From positions 70,638,191 through 70,702,190 of the forward strand of contig NC_068989.1 of the NCBI RefSeq assembly GCF_001194135.2: 64,000 nucleotides of DNA, written 5' to 3'. The notes beneath the pieces were generated by a model. It was not told where the DNA came from. It worked only from the letters and a program-made list of their open reading frames with translations, and did not search any database. Positions 1-13,951 of this stretch are shown here, in pieces. The DNA comes from Octopus bimaculoides (Eukaryota). Within the stretch, counting starts at the first letter, position 1. Every line of letters begins with the position of its first letter. A program made the position numbers and the translations under genes.

Positions 1-2567
1 ATATATTTATTCACACAGATGCATCTGTTAATGGATGTGTATGCACAATCTCATACATTCCTTTTTATTAGCAGAAAGTTTGCACAATAAAATTGTAAAA
101 ACAAAATTCCATGCTTTCATATTTGCAATGGCAACAACAATGATGATGATTTTGGCATTAATGTTTTGTAATAAATACCATTTAAACAGTTTTAATTCTA
201 GAGTAAAATAGACAGTAAAAATAACAGAGCTCAGATATATTCAAATGAATTTTAATTTAGTCCTATTGTACAACACAAAGCAACAATATATTTTCAACAT
301 TCCTGCCTATATGCATGTGTGTATGTAATCATAAATGTTTATGTTGTTCTGTAAATGTGTACACACTTGCATAATTTCTGAATATTCTGAAAATATTTTC
401 AACATTTCTTTATTACACAACTAATTAATTAATAACTAGTGAGACCCATTATTAATGATCTTATTTCTGTTTTCATGCATAAATTTATGGGTCTCTATAA
501 TACTGTTTTATTATGATAACGATTTCAATTATGTGTTTGGTTGTCTTTCATAGTTAAGCATGTTGCAAGTGTAACATGAACTAGTTTCATTATGAAATAA
601 ATCATTTTAAGTGCGGGTCTTAGAGTGGATTTGGCAATAAATAATAGAATTTAATATATTAAAGTTTAAAACCCCTCTTTGGACAGGGGGAAAAAGTCAA
701 AGGCTACAAGTAGGACCTGACACTTCATCTCCTGCATAACCTAGGAGATGATAGACTTCTTTCAGTTCCCATCTATCAAATACACTTACAAGGGCTTTGA
801 TTGGCCTGAGGCTATAGTGAAAGACTCTTGTCTAAGATGTCACACAGTGTGACTGAACCTGGAACCATGTGGTTTAGGAACAAACTTCCTACCACACAGC
901 CACACACACACACGTACATACTTTGACACTCACCCTGAAAATGAATGATTTTACATCTTTGCATAAAGTTTTATCATGTTTCCTCATGTTCAAAATTTCA
1001 AGCAAGTCTTTGATTTCATTTCACATATATATTTTTTTTAAAGTTGTCAAAAGCAGAACACTCGAAGACATATCGTGACAAACAGAATAATATAGATTTA
1101 AAACAAAAAATACCTACAACAAAACTCAGCTAATCTCAAACAAACAATAAAATACAAACAGGAGTGTTATGGACGGAACTATGTTAATCATAAGTCTCCT
1201 AGCTCAGACTGATCTGGTGCTAAACAATAAATAATTCTTAAGTAAGATACAACTCTCTCCTTTGCTCAACTTTCTTCTGGTTAGCAGAGCAGGGCAAGAA
1301 AGGGAAGAGACTGGATGGTTTAGCAACAAGAGTTTGGAGATTTATGTTTTTAAGTGCTGTGTTTTGTTGCAATTGAATCACATATGAATAATAAGGTTTT
1401 AAATTTTAATATTTTTTTGTGAGTGAATGTTTACTGGAAATTTGCCATATAACAATAAATAACAGAATCTGAAATACCTTTCATTTCTATTAAAGAAAAA
1501 ATATTTTTTAAAAATCAGTGAAACATTTCTGTAATATGCATGCTATCAAGGAAATTTCCCCACAGCTTTCTAATATTGCAACTAGATCTCTCTGTACCTG
1601 TTATCAAATCATGAACTGCACAAAGCTTTAGTTCAAATGATGATGTCTAGATTAGAAAAAGGTTACCTTCTTGAGTTATGCAGACTCATAAGGGCCAGTT
1701 TCCTGGTTTCCATGGCATATAAATTCCCCACCTGGATGAGACACCAGTCCGTTGCTGGATTACCCATTTTTGCCAGCTGAGTGGACGGGTGCAAAGTGAA
1801 ATGAAGTGCTTTGCTCAAGAACACCACACATTGTTTGGTTCAGGAATTGAAACAGCAATCTTACAATCACGAGTCCAACACCCTAACCACTAAACCATGC
1901 ACCTCCACTACTGGTGGGGTGTGTCTGCAAGGAATGGAACTAAACAAGGAGAAAATGGTTCAAGATATTTTTGTTTAATCCACCAATTTATCAGTACTTT
2001 TCTCACCAACACCTCCCACCCTACCATGATCTTCCACACTGTTTCCATCAACTAAATTTCATTCACAATCCAAGACTTGCCCAAGTTGCCATACCATATA
2101 TAGAATTGAATCTGGAATCTCATGGCTGCAAAGTATGTTTCTTAATTACTCAGCAGTTATGCCTTACTTCACATTAACAGAGTGAGGAGTAGATATCAAA
2201 ACTGCAGGGAATGCTGCATGCCTGACACTGACAATTCCAAGAGATGTCTATTGCTCTACCAAGCCTCAGTGGTTACAGTCGATGTTTTCAACATTTTATT
2301 CAAATTTCTCCATGTTAGCAATAATAATTACACAATGAGGTTCATTCTACTAATTGAATAATACGGCATATTTACTGATGACCTCTCTTCAAATTTGGAG
2401 GTCAGAAATTCTAAGAATTTACATTCATGATTAATTATTAATTCTGTACATTTACATGTTCACCAATATTAATTGATCCTCAAGGAGGATATGTCTACTT
2501 GATTTCTTCTATGAAAAGGCAATAAAATACCACAGCACACTTCATCAAATTAGGTCATTAACATATA

Positions 2568-2598
<31 letters not shown>

Positions 2599-2717
2599 GT
2601 TTAACGTCCGCTTTCCATGCTAGCATGGGTTGGACGATTTGACTGAGGACTGGTGAAACCGGATGGCAACACCAGGCTCCAGTCTGATTTGGCAGAGTTT
2701 CTACAGCNNNNNNNNNN

Positions 2718-2748
<31 letters not shown>

Positions 2749-2749
2749 C

Positions 2750-3066
2750 ATAACTATAATTATATATTATTTACAATAATATATGCTCCATTTAAAGCAA
2801 CTAAACCTAAACAATTGACTGAAAAAAGATGGGCTGAACCACTGGGAACATGCATCAATGCTTACATGGCTCCATACACACCCAATTCACTCACATAGCC
2901 CACCCATCAATTTCAGCCAATTTTAATCTAGAATATATATTTATAAACAAACCCAAAGGCTAAATTACAGACTAAACCTAAACAATTGAGTGAATTGTCA
3001 ATTGTCTAGGTTTAGTTGCTTTAAATGGAGCATATATTATTGTAAATAATATAGAATTATAGTTAT
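2750..3066. repeat. 70-bp near-perfect inverted repeat (fold-back)
   Basis: 2750-2819 versus the reverse complement of 2997-3066 is 68/70 identical. Confidence 0.85.
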
Positions 3067-3129
3067 TATTAAAAAGGACCTATGTGTGTTGTCTTCTCCA
3101 TTGATTTACAGCCTTTGGGTTTGTTTACA

Positions 3130-3186
<57 letters not shown>

Positions 3187-3206
3187 TCATCATCATNNNN
3201 NNNNNN

Positions 3207-3239
<33 letters not shown>

Positions 3240-3546
3240 TCATCATCATTTAACATCCACTTTCCAGGGGTTAGATGGTTTGACTGGAACTGGTAAGCCA
3301 GAGAGCTGCACCAGGTTCCAGTCTGATTTATATATATAACATATATGACAGTCTTCTTTCAGTTTCTTTCTATCAAATCCACTTACAAAGCTTTGGTTGG
3401 CCTGGGGCTCTAGTAGAAGACACTCACCGAAGGTGTCACATATTGGGACTGAACCCAAAACTATGTGATTGGGAAACATACAGCCATGCTTGTGTGTGTA
3501 TGTTTGCGTGAGTGTATGTGCGTGAGTGTATGTGTGTTTGCGTGAG

Positions 3547-3585
<39 letters not shown>

Positions 3586-3702
3586 NNNNNNNNNNNNNNN
3601 NNNNNNNNNNNNNNNNNNNNNNNNNNNNNNNNNNNNNNNNNNNNNNNNNNNNNNNNNNNNNNNNNNNNNNNNNNNNNNNNNNNNNNNNNNNNNNNGAGAG
3701 AA

Positions 3703-3758
<56 letters not shown>

Positions 3759-6376
3759 TACACTGAAATATAAGATTGCATTCTTAGTTGTAGGAGACTA
3801 ATTTCTATTTGGAACATGCTGTTCAATTTTAAAAGAACCTGCAGGCTCTATTTTGAGGGATATTTGGCTGCTATAGTGGCAGAGTGATAATTCTTTCTTT
3901 TTTTTTTTGCTTTAATCTTTTTTGATACAACTTACCTGAGACCACCCCTGGTTGTCTGAAATAAGTTTATGCTATAAAATGATTTAATTAAAACTTTCCA
4001 TCCAAATTCCTTGTAAGTTCATGTTCCATAGACCAGATTAGTAATGTGTAGGCAGAGCATGGCTGAATGGTTAAGATGGTTGCTTTGCAACCACTGAGAT
4101 ACTGGGTTCAATACTATTGCATGGCATTAGGGCAAATAACATTTTCTTAAGTCTCAGGTGGATTGTGCTTACCATTCAAAAGGTACAGGCCTTGTCATAC
4201 ACTATCATGCTGATTTGGTCTGAGAATTGCTTTAAGAGTAAAGAAGAGCAGCAGAGTACTCAACCACTTTCACATTAATTCAGTAGCAGGTGGGAGGGGT
4301 GCCTTTGTCTGGCAAGTACTTGGTGACCTGACCAGTGCTGCCATTAATTTACTGTGAAGAAAGTTCACCACGAGGAAAGTTTACTGAGAAAATATATCCA
4401 TAGTATCTCACCATTAATAGTTAAAAACTATTTTTTTTGAAAAAAAAAAAGCAACAAAAAAAATGGTAAATTGATGACAGTGAACTTACCAGACATGGTG
4501 GTGGCACCACGAAAATAGCACCCAGCCAAATCAGATAGGAGCCTGGTGTAGCCATCTGGTTCACCAGTCAAATCGTCCAACCCATGCTAGCATGGAAAGC
4601 GGACGTTAAACGATGATGATGATGATGTACTCTATGAAGTGGTTGGCACTAGGAATAGCATCCAGCAGTAGAAGTCATGCCAAAGCAGACATTGGAACTT
4701 AGCGCACAGCCCTCTGGCTCATCTGTTCAAGTGGAACCATCCAACCCATGTCAGCAAGGAAAAAAGGATATTTGATGATGACGATAATGATGACAGCCAA
4801 CCTCTCCGTTTCTCTATATTAAATCTACTGATCATCTTTCTGGAAATGACTATTCATTATTGTCTCCACTATATTTATTATTTACAAAAGACTTAGTTTT
4901 CTTATTCCATTCTGCTACATTCACTGACATACTTCAAATCAAGCCTGACTTCTTGATATTCAACTAAAACTCACAGCTTTGAACTATCTCTCTCTTTTTT
5001 CTTCTTCTTCTCCTCTCTTCCAACACTAATAAGAAACAGCATTGAGAAAGCCAAGATTGTTTGTACAGGAACTTTAAGATTATATCTTCAGCCATATCAG
5101 TATTAAAATGTAGTTCAGTCAGATAAAAATAACAAAAACAAAGCATAAAAAGATTTTAAAAAAAAAAAACCTCCCATCCAATTTCCTGCTCTGTGGACAA
5201 TGTTGCCTTGTGTCAGGCTGGTACAAACTTAAATATTGAGCTAGTTAGCTTATACCAGTCTTAGATCAACACTTCCTGGTATAAACCAGTGTCTTAGTAG
5301 CTGTAACATAAAGGATGCATTGGAAGTCTTTGGGTGTATCAAAACCTAATGCTGCAACTGTCAGTCTCCATTTTCTATGATGACAATTATGATAATGATA
5401 GCAGTGAGTTTCTCTGTGTGTGTGTGGGTGTGTGTGATGGACTATTGTGAAAATATCTATTTTATCTTAGTGGAAGAGCAGAGAGGGAGTAAAAAATAAC
5501 ATGCTTCTGAGATAACGTTTTAGACACAACTGAAGTTTAATCTCCGCAGAATGGTGGTGTCAAAACTTCATTGTTTATACATGAGCGCTGCAAAGTATGG
5601 TTGTGTGGTTTAATAAGAAGTTTGATCCGACTGGGTAGTGCCTTCACAAAAGTCTCCTACCATATATATTTTCTTTTCTTCTTCTTTTACTTGCTTCAGT
5701 CACTTAACTGCAGCCATGCTGGAGCATCACCTTCAAGGGTTTTAGTTGAACAAATTGATCTCAGGACTTAATTCTTAAGCCTAGTACTTATTCTGTCATT
5801 CATTTTTGCTGAACTGTTAAGTTATAGGGACATAAACACACCAACACTGGTTGTCAAGTGGTGTTTGGTTGGGGGACAGACAGACAGACATAGACACACA
5901 GGTGGGCTTCTTTCAGTTTCCATCAACCAAATCTACTCGCAAGGCTTTGGTCGGCCTGAAGCTATAGTAGAAGACACTTGCTGAAGGTGCCACACAGTGG
6001 AACTGAACATGGAACCATGTGGTTGGGAAGCAAGCTTCTTACCACACAGCCATGCCTCTTTCAGTCATTAGTCTGTGGTCATGCTGGTGCACTGCCTTGA
6101 GGAATTTTAGTTAGACTAATTAACTTCAGTACTTATTTTCTTATTATGCCTAGTGTTTATTCTATCAGTCTCTTTTGCTGAACTGCAAAGTTATGGGTAT
6201 GTAAACACACACACAGGATGGGCTTCCTTCAGTTTCTGTCCACCAAATCCACTAACAAGGCTTTGGTGAGTCCAAGGCTATAGTAGAAGACATTTGCCCA
6301 AGGTGGCATGCAGTGAGACTGAACCCGAAACCATGTGGCTGGGAAGCAAACTTCTTACCACACAGCCATGCCTGCA

Positions 6377-6416
<40 letters not shown>

Positions 6417-6772
6417 NNNNNNNNNNNNNNNNNNNNNNNNNNNNNNNNNNNNNNNNNNNNNNNNNNNNNNNNNNNNNNNNNNNNNNNNNNNNNNNNNNNN
6501 NNNNNNNNNNNNNNNNNNNNNNNNNNNNNNNNNNNNNNNNNNNNNNNNNNNNNNNNNNNNNNNNNNNNNNNNNNNNNNNNNNNNNNNNNNNNNNNNNNNN
6601 NNNNNNNNNNNNNNNNNNNNNNNNNNNNNNNNNNNNNNNNNNNNNNNNNNNNNNNNNNNNNNNNNNNNNNNNNNNNNNNNNNNNNNNNNNNNNNNNNNNN
6701 NNNNNNNNNNNNNNNNNNNNNNNNNNNNNNNNNNNNNNNNNNNNNNNNNNNNNNNNNNNNNNNNNNNNNNNN

Positions 6773-6842
<70 letters not shown>

Positions 6843-7796
6843 TCTTCTTGTCTTCACATCACATGATAATTTTAAATGAGTGCCACTGCCATACAAGGGC
6901 TGTCATTCATTTCCAATATTCTGTGGGAACCATGAAATATAACCTCAGAGGAAGTATTACCTAGCTAGGAAACATAGTGACGGCCATTGACAAGAAGAGC
7001 ATCAATAAATTTTGTCCAACCTATAGAAGCATCGAAAAGGGGACATTAAAACTAATGACATTAATGATGATGATGGTGGTGGTGACAATGTTAGAGACAT
7101 CGGAGACAAGAATCAGCTCTATAAATTCTAGTGGTTAATGGGAAGACTAATCCTTTTTTGTTTTTAGTATAAATACTTTGGTTTAGTTTACACCAAAGGA
7201 TACTATGTATCTAGCAGATAAGTTGCTATTTTGGTGTATAATAAACAAAACTATCACACACACACACACACATGTTTATTTAAATTCTAGTTTCCTTTTA
7301 TTTTATTTTTTTATTTAAACGATATTTTTTTCATGAGGTCTTTTATTTAATTTAATTTATATATATANNNNNNNNNNNNNNNNNNNNNNNNNNNNNNNNN
7401 NNNNNNNNNNNNNNNNNNNNNNNNNNNNNNNNNNNNNNNNNNNNNNNNNNNNNNNNNNNNNNNNNNNNNNNNNNNNNNNNNNNNNNNNNNNNNNNNNNNN
7501 NNNNNNNNNNNNNNNNNNNNNNNNNNNNNNNNNNNCGTGTGACATAAAATTAAAAAAAAATTCTACTTGCATATTAGAATGGGGTTGAGATTAAAGAATT
7601 CCCACGGGTGAGATTGAGATGGTGGTGGTGGTTGGGTGGAGAGAGAGAGAGAAATGAGCAAATATCTCTGTACTTGAAAATGTTAGTTTTCTTCCTGAAC
7701 TTTCACACAATACACTGACACACATACATGCATGTGCACACACACAAACACATACATATATATCCACACATGCATACAAACGTATGTGTGTATGTG

Positions 7797-7839
<43 letters not shown>

Positions 7840-10591
7840 GTACATATATATATACATACACACATATATATCATCACAGATCTTAAAGTGGCTGACTTAA
7901 ATCTCATTACAAGCACCACTAGAAATGGCCTGTGTAATGTGTCTGCAGAATAAGTTAAAAAAGAAATGAAGTAAAAAAAAATCAAAAAAAAAAAAAAAAA
8001 AAAAAAAAATCAAACGAGACTATCATATTATAAACTCTCAGAGAAGGCCCTTTACCTCCACCATCACCATACACACACACCCTGTGACAAGGTAAAAATG
8101 AACCGAGGTCTGAAAAGGTGTGTAAGATTTGAAGATATTTATTATGCTCATACTTCTCTAGATTTAAGAACTGTGATTATCTTAAATATTCATGATTAGG
8201 CACAAGATTTATTTTTGCTCTTCTTTTGTTTTCCAACAAATAATCTGTGCAAATGCCATAATGTATATTACATATGGCTATCATATCCATGTACTCACTC
8301 GACCAGCTCATTTGGCACAGAGAAAATAGCTTTGAACGAGAGAACTATAAGAACATTGTGAATTCCAATTTGTCAGAAGATTATTTCTACCCTGTAGAAC
8401 TTTTAAATGACTCATTATTTAAATGAATACTGTAAAGATTCTGGCATAGTTCGTTATGTTTAAAGAAAGACAGCTTCCATGATAATCAATTTGAGTCAAC
8501 ATGAATCTGGATGCCAATTGACTGGATGGTTAAAGAATTAGCTTTACTATCACATGGTCTTGGGTTCAATTCCAATGTAAAATACTTTGGGCATATGTCT
8601 TCTATTAAAGTTTGATTGACTAATGCTTTGAGTAAAAGCTTATCAAATGTGTGTGTGTGTGTGTATGTAATACAGGGATGTTAGATATATCTTTTACAGC
8701 AAGACACTCGTTCCTGTCCCACAAGACTTGGCATATAAAACTACTCCCCTCTCTACTGCTACCCAACTTCATCAAGGGCTGGGGAAGGATGGCTTGACCT
8801 CACTAGTGCTAGGGCTATGGAAAAAGCACTCAGTACACCCTGTAAAGTGGTTGGCGTTAGGAAGAGCACCCAACCATGGAAACCATGCCAAAACAAGTAT
8901 TGGAGCTTGATGCAACTCTTCAGTTTGTTGAATCTTGTTGAACCATTCAGTCATGCATGCACCTTTCTGCCTGTGTGTACATATGTGAAAATATGTGTGC
9001 TTGGGCCTATGTGTATGTATGTGTAAGTGTACATATAGGCTTGTGTATGCATGTGTGTATATCTCATAGTTTGGTGGTTCAGTATACAAAGGAACAATAA
9101 ATGGAATGAAATAGTAAAGTAAGCTTCTTGAAAACAAGTAAAGGTCAGCATAAAGCTGATAATTCAGCCACAGGATATTACCCCTAGAAGTCTCATCCAC
9201 CCCATGACAGAATGGTAAAAAGCAGACATAAAAATGAGAACAATGATGGAAAATAAAATGAAATGTAATGAAAGTTGGGTTTAACCCTTTGGTTAACACA
9301 TTTCTGTTGAAATACACAATTTCTGTTTCAGTTAATTTAGAAAATGACAAATTTAGTAAAATAATTTTGTCATCTGCTGTTTGAGACATAAATTTACATG
9401 GAAATTTGATTGAAAGTTTTGATTTAGATCACTTTAACCTTTTTGCTACCATATTTTTGTTGAATATACTGCCTCTGTTTCAATTGTTAAGGTCATCTCT
9501 ACAGATTTTCCATAGAAATGACCTGGTTTAAGTGCACTGCTAACACAATAGTACATGGTATTGACTTATTAAAACATTTAATGTACTTTGTAGCATATCA
9601 TGGTTGCATAACAAAATACTGTGTGCCTACAAGTCATTAATATTTATGTATCTGTTTCAATTATTTGGAAAATAACAAAGATTTTAGAAAAATAACTTTG
9701 TCAATATAAAATTTTGATGAAAGGTTTTAACTTTAATCATGAAGTTTTAACTTTAAAACATGAAGTTTGCTTCTGAGAACTAGGGCCAGATACAGGTAGG
9801 TCCATATCAAAAGGGTTAAAGTAGGACGTTTCTATCATAGAAGCAGGGATGGCCTCAAAAGGCTTAAGCTTGTGTTTGGAACATATTAACATAAAAATTT
9901 GATGGAAGGTTTTAATTCAGATCATTTGAAGACAGGAAATTCATATCATAGAACCAAGGGTGGTCTCAAGGGTGTTAGTATCAAAAGGGTTAAGACAAAA
10001 ACAAAAAAACAACTTATTTTGTATACTAAAACCAGCAATGTGATAAATTATTAAGTAAAAGAGGACTATTATTTTAGACTGGAGTTCAACTGTTAAATTT
10101 ACACAAAGACTGCTTTCTTAGTCTTCAGTTTTTTTCTTCTATATATAAAGACAACATTCATTCTAAAACTAGTCTTGGTTGTTATTTCTACTAACTCTAA
10201 GACTGCTGCTTTTTCTACTTCCATTTCTTTTTTTTTTTAATCAACAAATCATCTGCGTAATTTGATAAATTATATATGACTACCATATGTAATGTATTGT
10301 GTTTGTATTAACTATTAGGCTGTTAGGAACTGATTTGACCAGTTTCACCTTTCTGATACTATCCCACCTTAGACAGCTCCTAGTTCAGTGAGGACCCCAG
10401 TAATTAGGCTGATACTTTATTTTAACGATCCCAAAAGGATGACATATAAAATTGACTTTAGTGAGATTTGAACTCAGAATGTAAAGAGTCAGAAGAAAGA
10501 CTGTGAAACATTTCTTCTGATACTCTAGCTATTCAGCCAACTCACTGTCTTTATAGTAGAGGCAGCAATAATAATAATGATAATAATAATG

Positions 10592-10629
<38 letters not shown>

Positions 10630-11034
10630 TTTAAGGGGTGGAGATTAAGTCGATTACATCAACTCCAATATTCCACTGATACTTAATTTATTGACCTCGA
10701 AAGGATGAAAGGCAAAGTTAACCTCAGTAGAATTTGAACTTGGAACATAAAGATGGTTGAAATGCTGCTAGGCATTTTGCCCAGTTTGCTATAACAAGAA
10801 CAACAACAATACTTTCTACTAAAGGCACAGAACCTGAAATTTTGGGGGAAGGGACTAGTCAATTACATTGCCCCCCCCACCCCGTGTTTCACTGGTACTT
10901 AGTTTATTGACCCCAAAAGGATGAAAGGCAAAGTTAACCTTGGCGGAATTTGAACTCAGAACGTAGCGACAGGCAAAACACTGCTAAGCATTTTGTCCAG
11001 TGTGCTAATGATTCTGCCAGCTCACCACCTGTTT

Positions 11035-11070
<36 letters not shown>

Positions 11071-13890
11071 TTAATGGTTTCAATTTTAAGCACAAGGCCA
11101 GCAATTATTGGGAAGGGGTAAGTCAATTACATCAACTTCAGTGCTCAAATGATATTTCATTGACCCCGAAAAGATGGAAAGCAAAGCTGATCTTGGCGGA
11201 ATAATAATCCTTTCTACAATAAGTACAAGGCCTGAAATTTGGGGGTAAGAGGAGTGGTAGTGGTGCTTAATTCAATTATAACAACCCCAGTGTGCAACTG
11301 GTATTTATTTCATTGACCCTAAAAGGATGAAAGGCGAAGTCAACTTTATTAATAATTACATTGACTCTAGTGCTCGACTGGTACTCATTTTGTTGGCCCC
11401 CGAAAAGATGAAAGGCAAAGTTAGCCTTGGGTGAATTTGAACTCAGAAGTGCTTGTGCCTCGTAACAGAGAGGAGGGAAAGTAAAAGACTAAAAGAATTT
11501 CTATAAAAATTTCTTCCAATGCTCTGTTTCTGTCAGCTCACCGTTGTTGTAGCAGCAATAGTAGTAGTAGTAGTAGAAGTAGTAATAATATTAACAACAA
11601 TAATACTGCTAAAAGAGACAACAAAGAACCAATTCATTCACATTCATTTTATTTCGATGCCGGTTCTTTCTTTTCTCCTTTCTATCTCTTTCAGTAAAAC
11701 AAGTACATGTTTATATTGAATGGCATACAAGATTTACCACATTTCTAAATAAGTCTTCAACTATTATTAGAATATCAAGAGAAATAATCAACAGTTGTTC
11801 CCTTTACCCGCTATCCTCTCTCTCACACACACACATACAGAGTTTTAGACCTCAGTCTCCCAGAAAGTCTCTTGTTTAGTATAAATGTCATTCTGTACCA
11901 CAAAGATTAGGAACTGGTTTATTTTACAAATCTTAATGCATGCAGGTTATCTAAAGTGAAAATAAATTTCAAAATTCACAAGTGGTGGATCAACAAATCA
12001 ACAAACCCATTAAGGTGTCGGACAAAATGTCTTGCAGTATTTAGTCAATTATGGCCCTTTATATTTTGAGTTCAAATCTAGCTGTTGCTGAACTTCGCTT
12101 TTCATGCTGGCACAAGTAGGATGATTTGACAGGGGCTAGCAACTGAGAGGGCTGCACCAAAACCTCAGTTGCCTGTTCTGGCATGGTTTCTATGGCTAGA
12201 TGTCTTTCCTAACACCAACCACTTTACAGAGTATTCTGAGTGTCTTTTATGTGGCACCAGCATGGATGTGTTTTACATGCCAGCACAAGTGCTTTTTACG
12301 AGTTACCAATATATATATACGTAGGCACTTTCTATAAGCTAGCAAGGGTCTGGATGGAGAAAGTTACTTGAGGTAGGATTTTATGGTGGAATGCTCTACC
12401 TGTTACCAACCCTTACTTGTTTCCAACTAAGAGATCTTATTTTAACTTCCACATGTCTTTGGAAGTGCAGAGTGACAATTATGATTTTAATACGGAATAT
12501 CAACATCATCACTGCTTTAATTGAGCAGTGCCAAGAATGGGATATCAACTGTCACACATTCATACACACACACACATCCGCACGCACGCACACACATACA
12601 ATAACCTTCACTGACAGCCATCATTTTTCAATTAAAAATTTACAAAAACATTCCAAAATAACTAAATTAAAGTGACAGAATAAATGACTTGTCCAACTTC
12701 AAATTTAGATAATACAAGGTGAAATTAAAAGTGAGCAGACCAAATTTACATTCAGGCCAAAATACATGTAACTATGAAACTTTTATTATAACTTCTTTTT
12801 ATATTAACCCACACAGGTCAGTATAAAGTGCATGGTTTAGTGGTTAGGGCATTCAGCCCATAACCATAAGGTTGTGTGTTCAATTCCTGGCAGTGCATTG
12901 TATCCTTGAGTAGATAATTCATTCCACACAGTTCCAGTCAACTCAGCTGGCAAAAATGAGTTGTGCTTGTATTTCAAAGCCTTGTCATAGTCTGTGTCAC
13001 ACTGAATCTCCGAGAACTATGTTAAGGATACACTCGTCTGTGGAGTGCTCAGCCACTTGCACATAAATTTCACAAACAGGCTGTTCCATTGATCAGAACC
13101 CTTGTCATCATAACTGATGGAGTGCCAGTTATACTAATCCATGTAAAACTGCCTCTGCTTGGTTCTCTCAGAGAATTGCCAAATTTAAGGTGATCACATC
13201 TAAATTAAACACACACACACACACACAAATTAGGGCCTTTTAACAGTTTCTACCCAGCAAATTCACACACATATACATCTATATGTGAGTGTTTATACAT
13301 GTTGCTTGAGCTTGTCCCATGCAGCTGGACAACTAGCACAGGTTTGTTGACACCCCTGTAACATAGCGGTTCAGCAAACAGAGACCGATAACATACCAAA
13401 TACTGGGGGCAACTCAATCAACCCAAAACCCTTCAAGATAGTGCCCCAGCATGGTTACTGTCATTTTGGCGGGGATTAGAATAAGGGAGATCATCCACTG
13501 AGTGTTGTCTTATCAATATTGCAAATTCACTATTGTATTGTTATGTGCAGACTCAGACACACAATTCTGAGAGCAACACTGCAGACAAGAGTAGGGCATT
13601 CATGTACTTCAATAAGTGCTTGGAATACTTAGCCACCATATAGTCGTAACATTGTAAAATTACATAGATAATTCAAATGCAGGATTCACCAGTTTGTAGG
13701 CTAAATAAACTGAATGGTAAATGGCAAAAGTAGATAACTTGTTTGTCTGGTAAACTGCTGAATTATTAATATATCAGGCTATCCATCATTGCAAAATACT
13801 TGCTTCATCAAAAACAAATAACTTGATAAACACTGAATATTTTAAATTTAGGAGAATGAATTAGCATGAAAAAACCAGATGTGAAATGTA

Positions 13891-13951
<61 letters not shown>

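Noticed and set aside
3137-3250. Apparent tandem duplication of (TA)n(CA)n-catcatcat
   Set aside because: The two copies sit on either side of a 10-N gap, which is typical of an unmerged contig overlap.
8274-8423. Small plus-strand ORF MAIISMYSLDQLIWHRENSF... and a nearby minus-strand gtgagt donor
   Set aside because: No recognisable family, no coherent splice sites, and the minus-strand frames contain stops.
10620-11460. Regularly spaced repeats as a CRISPR-like array
   Set aside because: The units are ~200-bp diverged SINE copies in eukaryotic DNA, with no constant repeat/unique spacer structure and no cas genes.
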